From: Chiloscyllium plagiosum | Lineage: Eukaryota | Length of the DNA stretch: 64,000 nucleotides | Reading direction: 5' to 3' | NCBI RefSeq assembly: GCF_004010195.1 | Contig: NC_057749.1 | Coordinates: 14,295,142-14,359,141 of the forward strand | Part shown: one piece after another, positions 62,272 to 64,000 of the stretch | Layout of the letters: every line of letters starts with the position of its first letter | Position numbering within the stretch: the first letter of the stretch is position 1 | Made by a program: the position numbers and the translations under genes | The notes under the pieces: generated by a model | The model's input: only the letters and a program-made list of their open reading frames with translations | The model's database searches: none | What the model was told of the DNA's origin: nothing

Positions 62272-63838
62272 GCTGTTGCAGGTTCCAGGATTTAGATGTT
62301 TCAGTAAGAACAGAGAAGATGGCAAAAGAGAGGACGTGTGGCACTGTTAGTCAAGGACAATATTACTGTGGTAGAAAGGATGTTTGAGGACTCATTTACT
62401 GAGGTAATATGGGTTCAGGTTAGAAACAGGAAAGGAGGTCAATCTGTTGGGAGTTTTCTATAGGTCTCCAAATTGTTCCAGAGATGTAGAGGAGAGGATA
62501 ACAAACATAATTCTGGATAGGAGTGAGAGTAATAGGGTTGCTGTTATGGGGGACTTTAACTTCCCAAATATTCACTGGAAATACTATAGTTTGAGTACTT
62601 TAGATGGGTCAGTTTTTGTCCAATGTGTGCAGGATGGTTTCCTGACAGTATGTAGACAAGCCAACAAGGGGCAAGGCCACCCTGGATTTGGAACTGGGTA
62701 ATGAACCTGGTCAGGTGTTAGATTTGGAGGTAGGTGAGCGCTGTGGTGATAGTGACCACAATTCAGTTATGTTTACTTTAGCAATGGCAAGGGACAGGTA
62801 TATAATGCTGAGCAAGAGTTATTGCTGGGGGAAAGGCAATTATGATTCGATTAGGCAAGATTTAGGATGCATACGATGGGGAAGGAAACTGCAGGGAATG
62901 GGCACAATTGAAATATGGAGCTTATCCTTGACAAGTATGTACCTGACAGGCAGGGGGGAAGTGGTCGAGCGAGGGAGCAGTGGTTTACTCAAGAAGTTGA
63001 ATCTCTTGTCAAGATGAAGAAGAAGGCTTATGTGAGGATGAGATATGAAGAATCAGTTAGGGTGCTTGAGAGTTACAGGTTAGCCAGGAAAAGACCTAAA
63101 GAGAGAGCTAAGAAGAGCCACAAGGGGACATGAGAAGTCATTGGCAGATAGGATCAAGGAAAATCCTAAAGCTTTCTCGAGGAATATCAGGAATAAAAGA
63201 ATGAATAGAGAAAGATTAGGGCCAATCAAGGATAGTAGTGAGAAGGTGTTTGGAGTCAGAGGAGATAGGGGAAGCACTAAATGAATATTTTCCATCGTAT
63301 TCGCACTAGAAAACAACAATATTGTTGAGGAGAATACGGAGATACAGGCTACTAGACTAGATGGGATTGAGGAGGTGGTGTTAGCAATTCTGGAACGTGT
63401 GAAAATAGTTAAGTCCCTGGGATGGATGGGATTTATCCTAGGATTCTCTGGGAAGCCAGGGAGGAGATTGCAGAGCCTTTGGCTTTGATCTTTATGTCAT
63501 CATTGTCTACAGGAATAGTGCCAGAAGACTGGAGGATAGCAAATGCTGTCCCCTTGTTCAAGAAGGGGAGTAAGGACAACCCGAGTAATTCTAGACCAGT
63601 GAGCCTTACTTGGGTTGTGGGTAAAGTGTTGGAAAGGTTAAGAGATAGGATTTATAATCATCTAGAGAGGAATAAGTTGATTAGGGATAGTCAAGTTTTG
63701 TGAAGGGTAGGTCATGTCTCACAAACCTTGAGTTCTTTGAGATAGTGACCAAACAGGTGGATGAGGGTAAAGCGGTTGATATGGTGTATATGGACTTCAG
63801 TAAGCTGTTTCATAAGGTTCCCCACGGTAGGCTATTGC
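62272..63838 (+). mobile_element. CR1 ORF2 (APE endonuclease to RT), decayed
   Basis: GVFYRSPN, MGDFNFPNI.W, SDHN, DGIYPRIL.E...EIAEPL..IF, WRIAN..PLFKKG, YMDFSK.F.KVPH; frameshifted. Confidence 0.95.
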
Positions 63839-63844
63839 TCATAC

Positions 63845-64000
63845 AGAGCAGCAGGTCAGGCAGCATCCAAGGAACAGGAGAATCGACGTTTCGGGCATAA
63901 GCCCTTCCTGAAGAAGGGCTTATGCCCAAAATGTCGATTCTCCTGTTCCTTGGATGCTGCCTGACCTGTTGTGCTTTTCCAGCAACACATTTTCAGCTCT
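63845..64000. mobile_element. Variant A palindrome truncating the CR1, running off the window
   Basis: Inverted arms around GGGCATAAGCCCTTCCTGAAGAAGGGCTTATGCCC. Confidence 0.8.

Noticed and set aside
62447..63900. RT/endonuclease ORFs as a retron-like or otherwise novel RT system
   Set aside because: Ordinary frameshifted CR1 ORF2.

Overview
Eukaryotic, AT-rich, repeat-dense vertebrate DNA. The repeat set (V-domain tRNA-derived SINEs of the HE1 type, many CR1-group LINE fragments, Penelope-like elements, a Deu-domain SINE) points to an elasmobranch (shark) genome; this is inferred from remembered consensus sequences, not from a search. There is no intact long gene, RNA gene or CRISPR array. 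Almost every ORF in the track is noise or decayed retroelement RT/endonuclease. The window looks like intron or intergenic sequence. Several short minus-strand segments with plausible splice signals may be exons of a host gene I could not identify. The most notable system is a set of Penelope-like element (PLE) ends carrying minimal hammerhead-ribozyme motifs (CUGANGA, stem II, GAAA, palindromic stem III, NUH) in several sequence variants. One sits at the 3' end of a GIY-YIG Penelope ORF. Most of the others lie at the centre of 130-750 bp asymmetric palindromes flanked by 12-17 bp target-site duplications. Also present are a three-level nested insertion, a solo LTR with a clean TSD, a pogo transposase fossil, two MITEs and two unexplained near-identical local duplications. 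Boundaries of old repeats are approximate.
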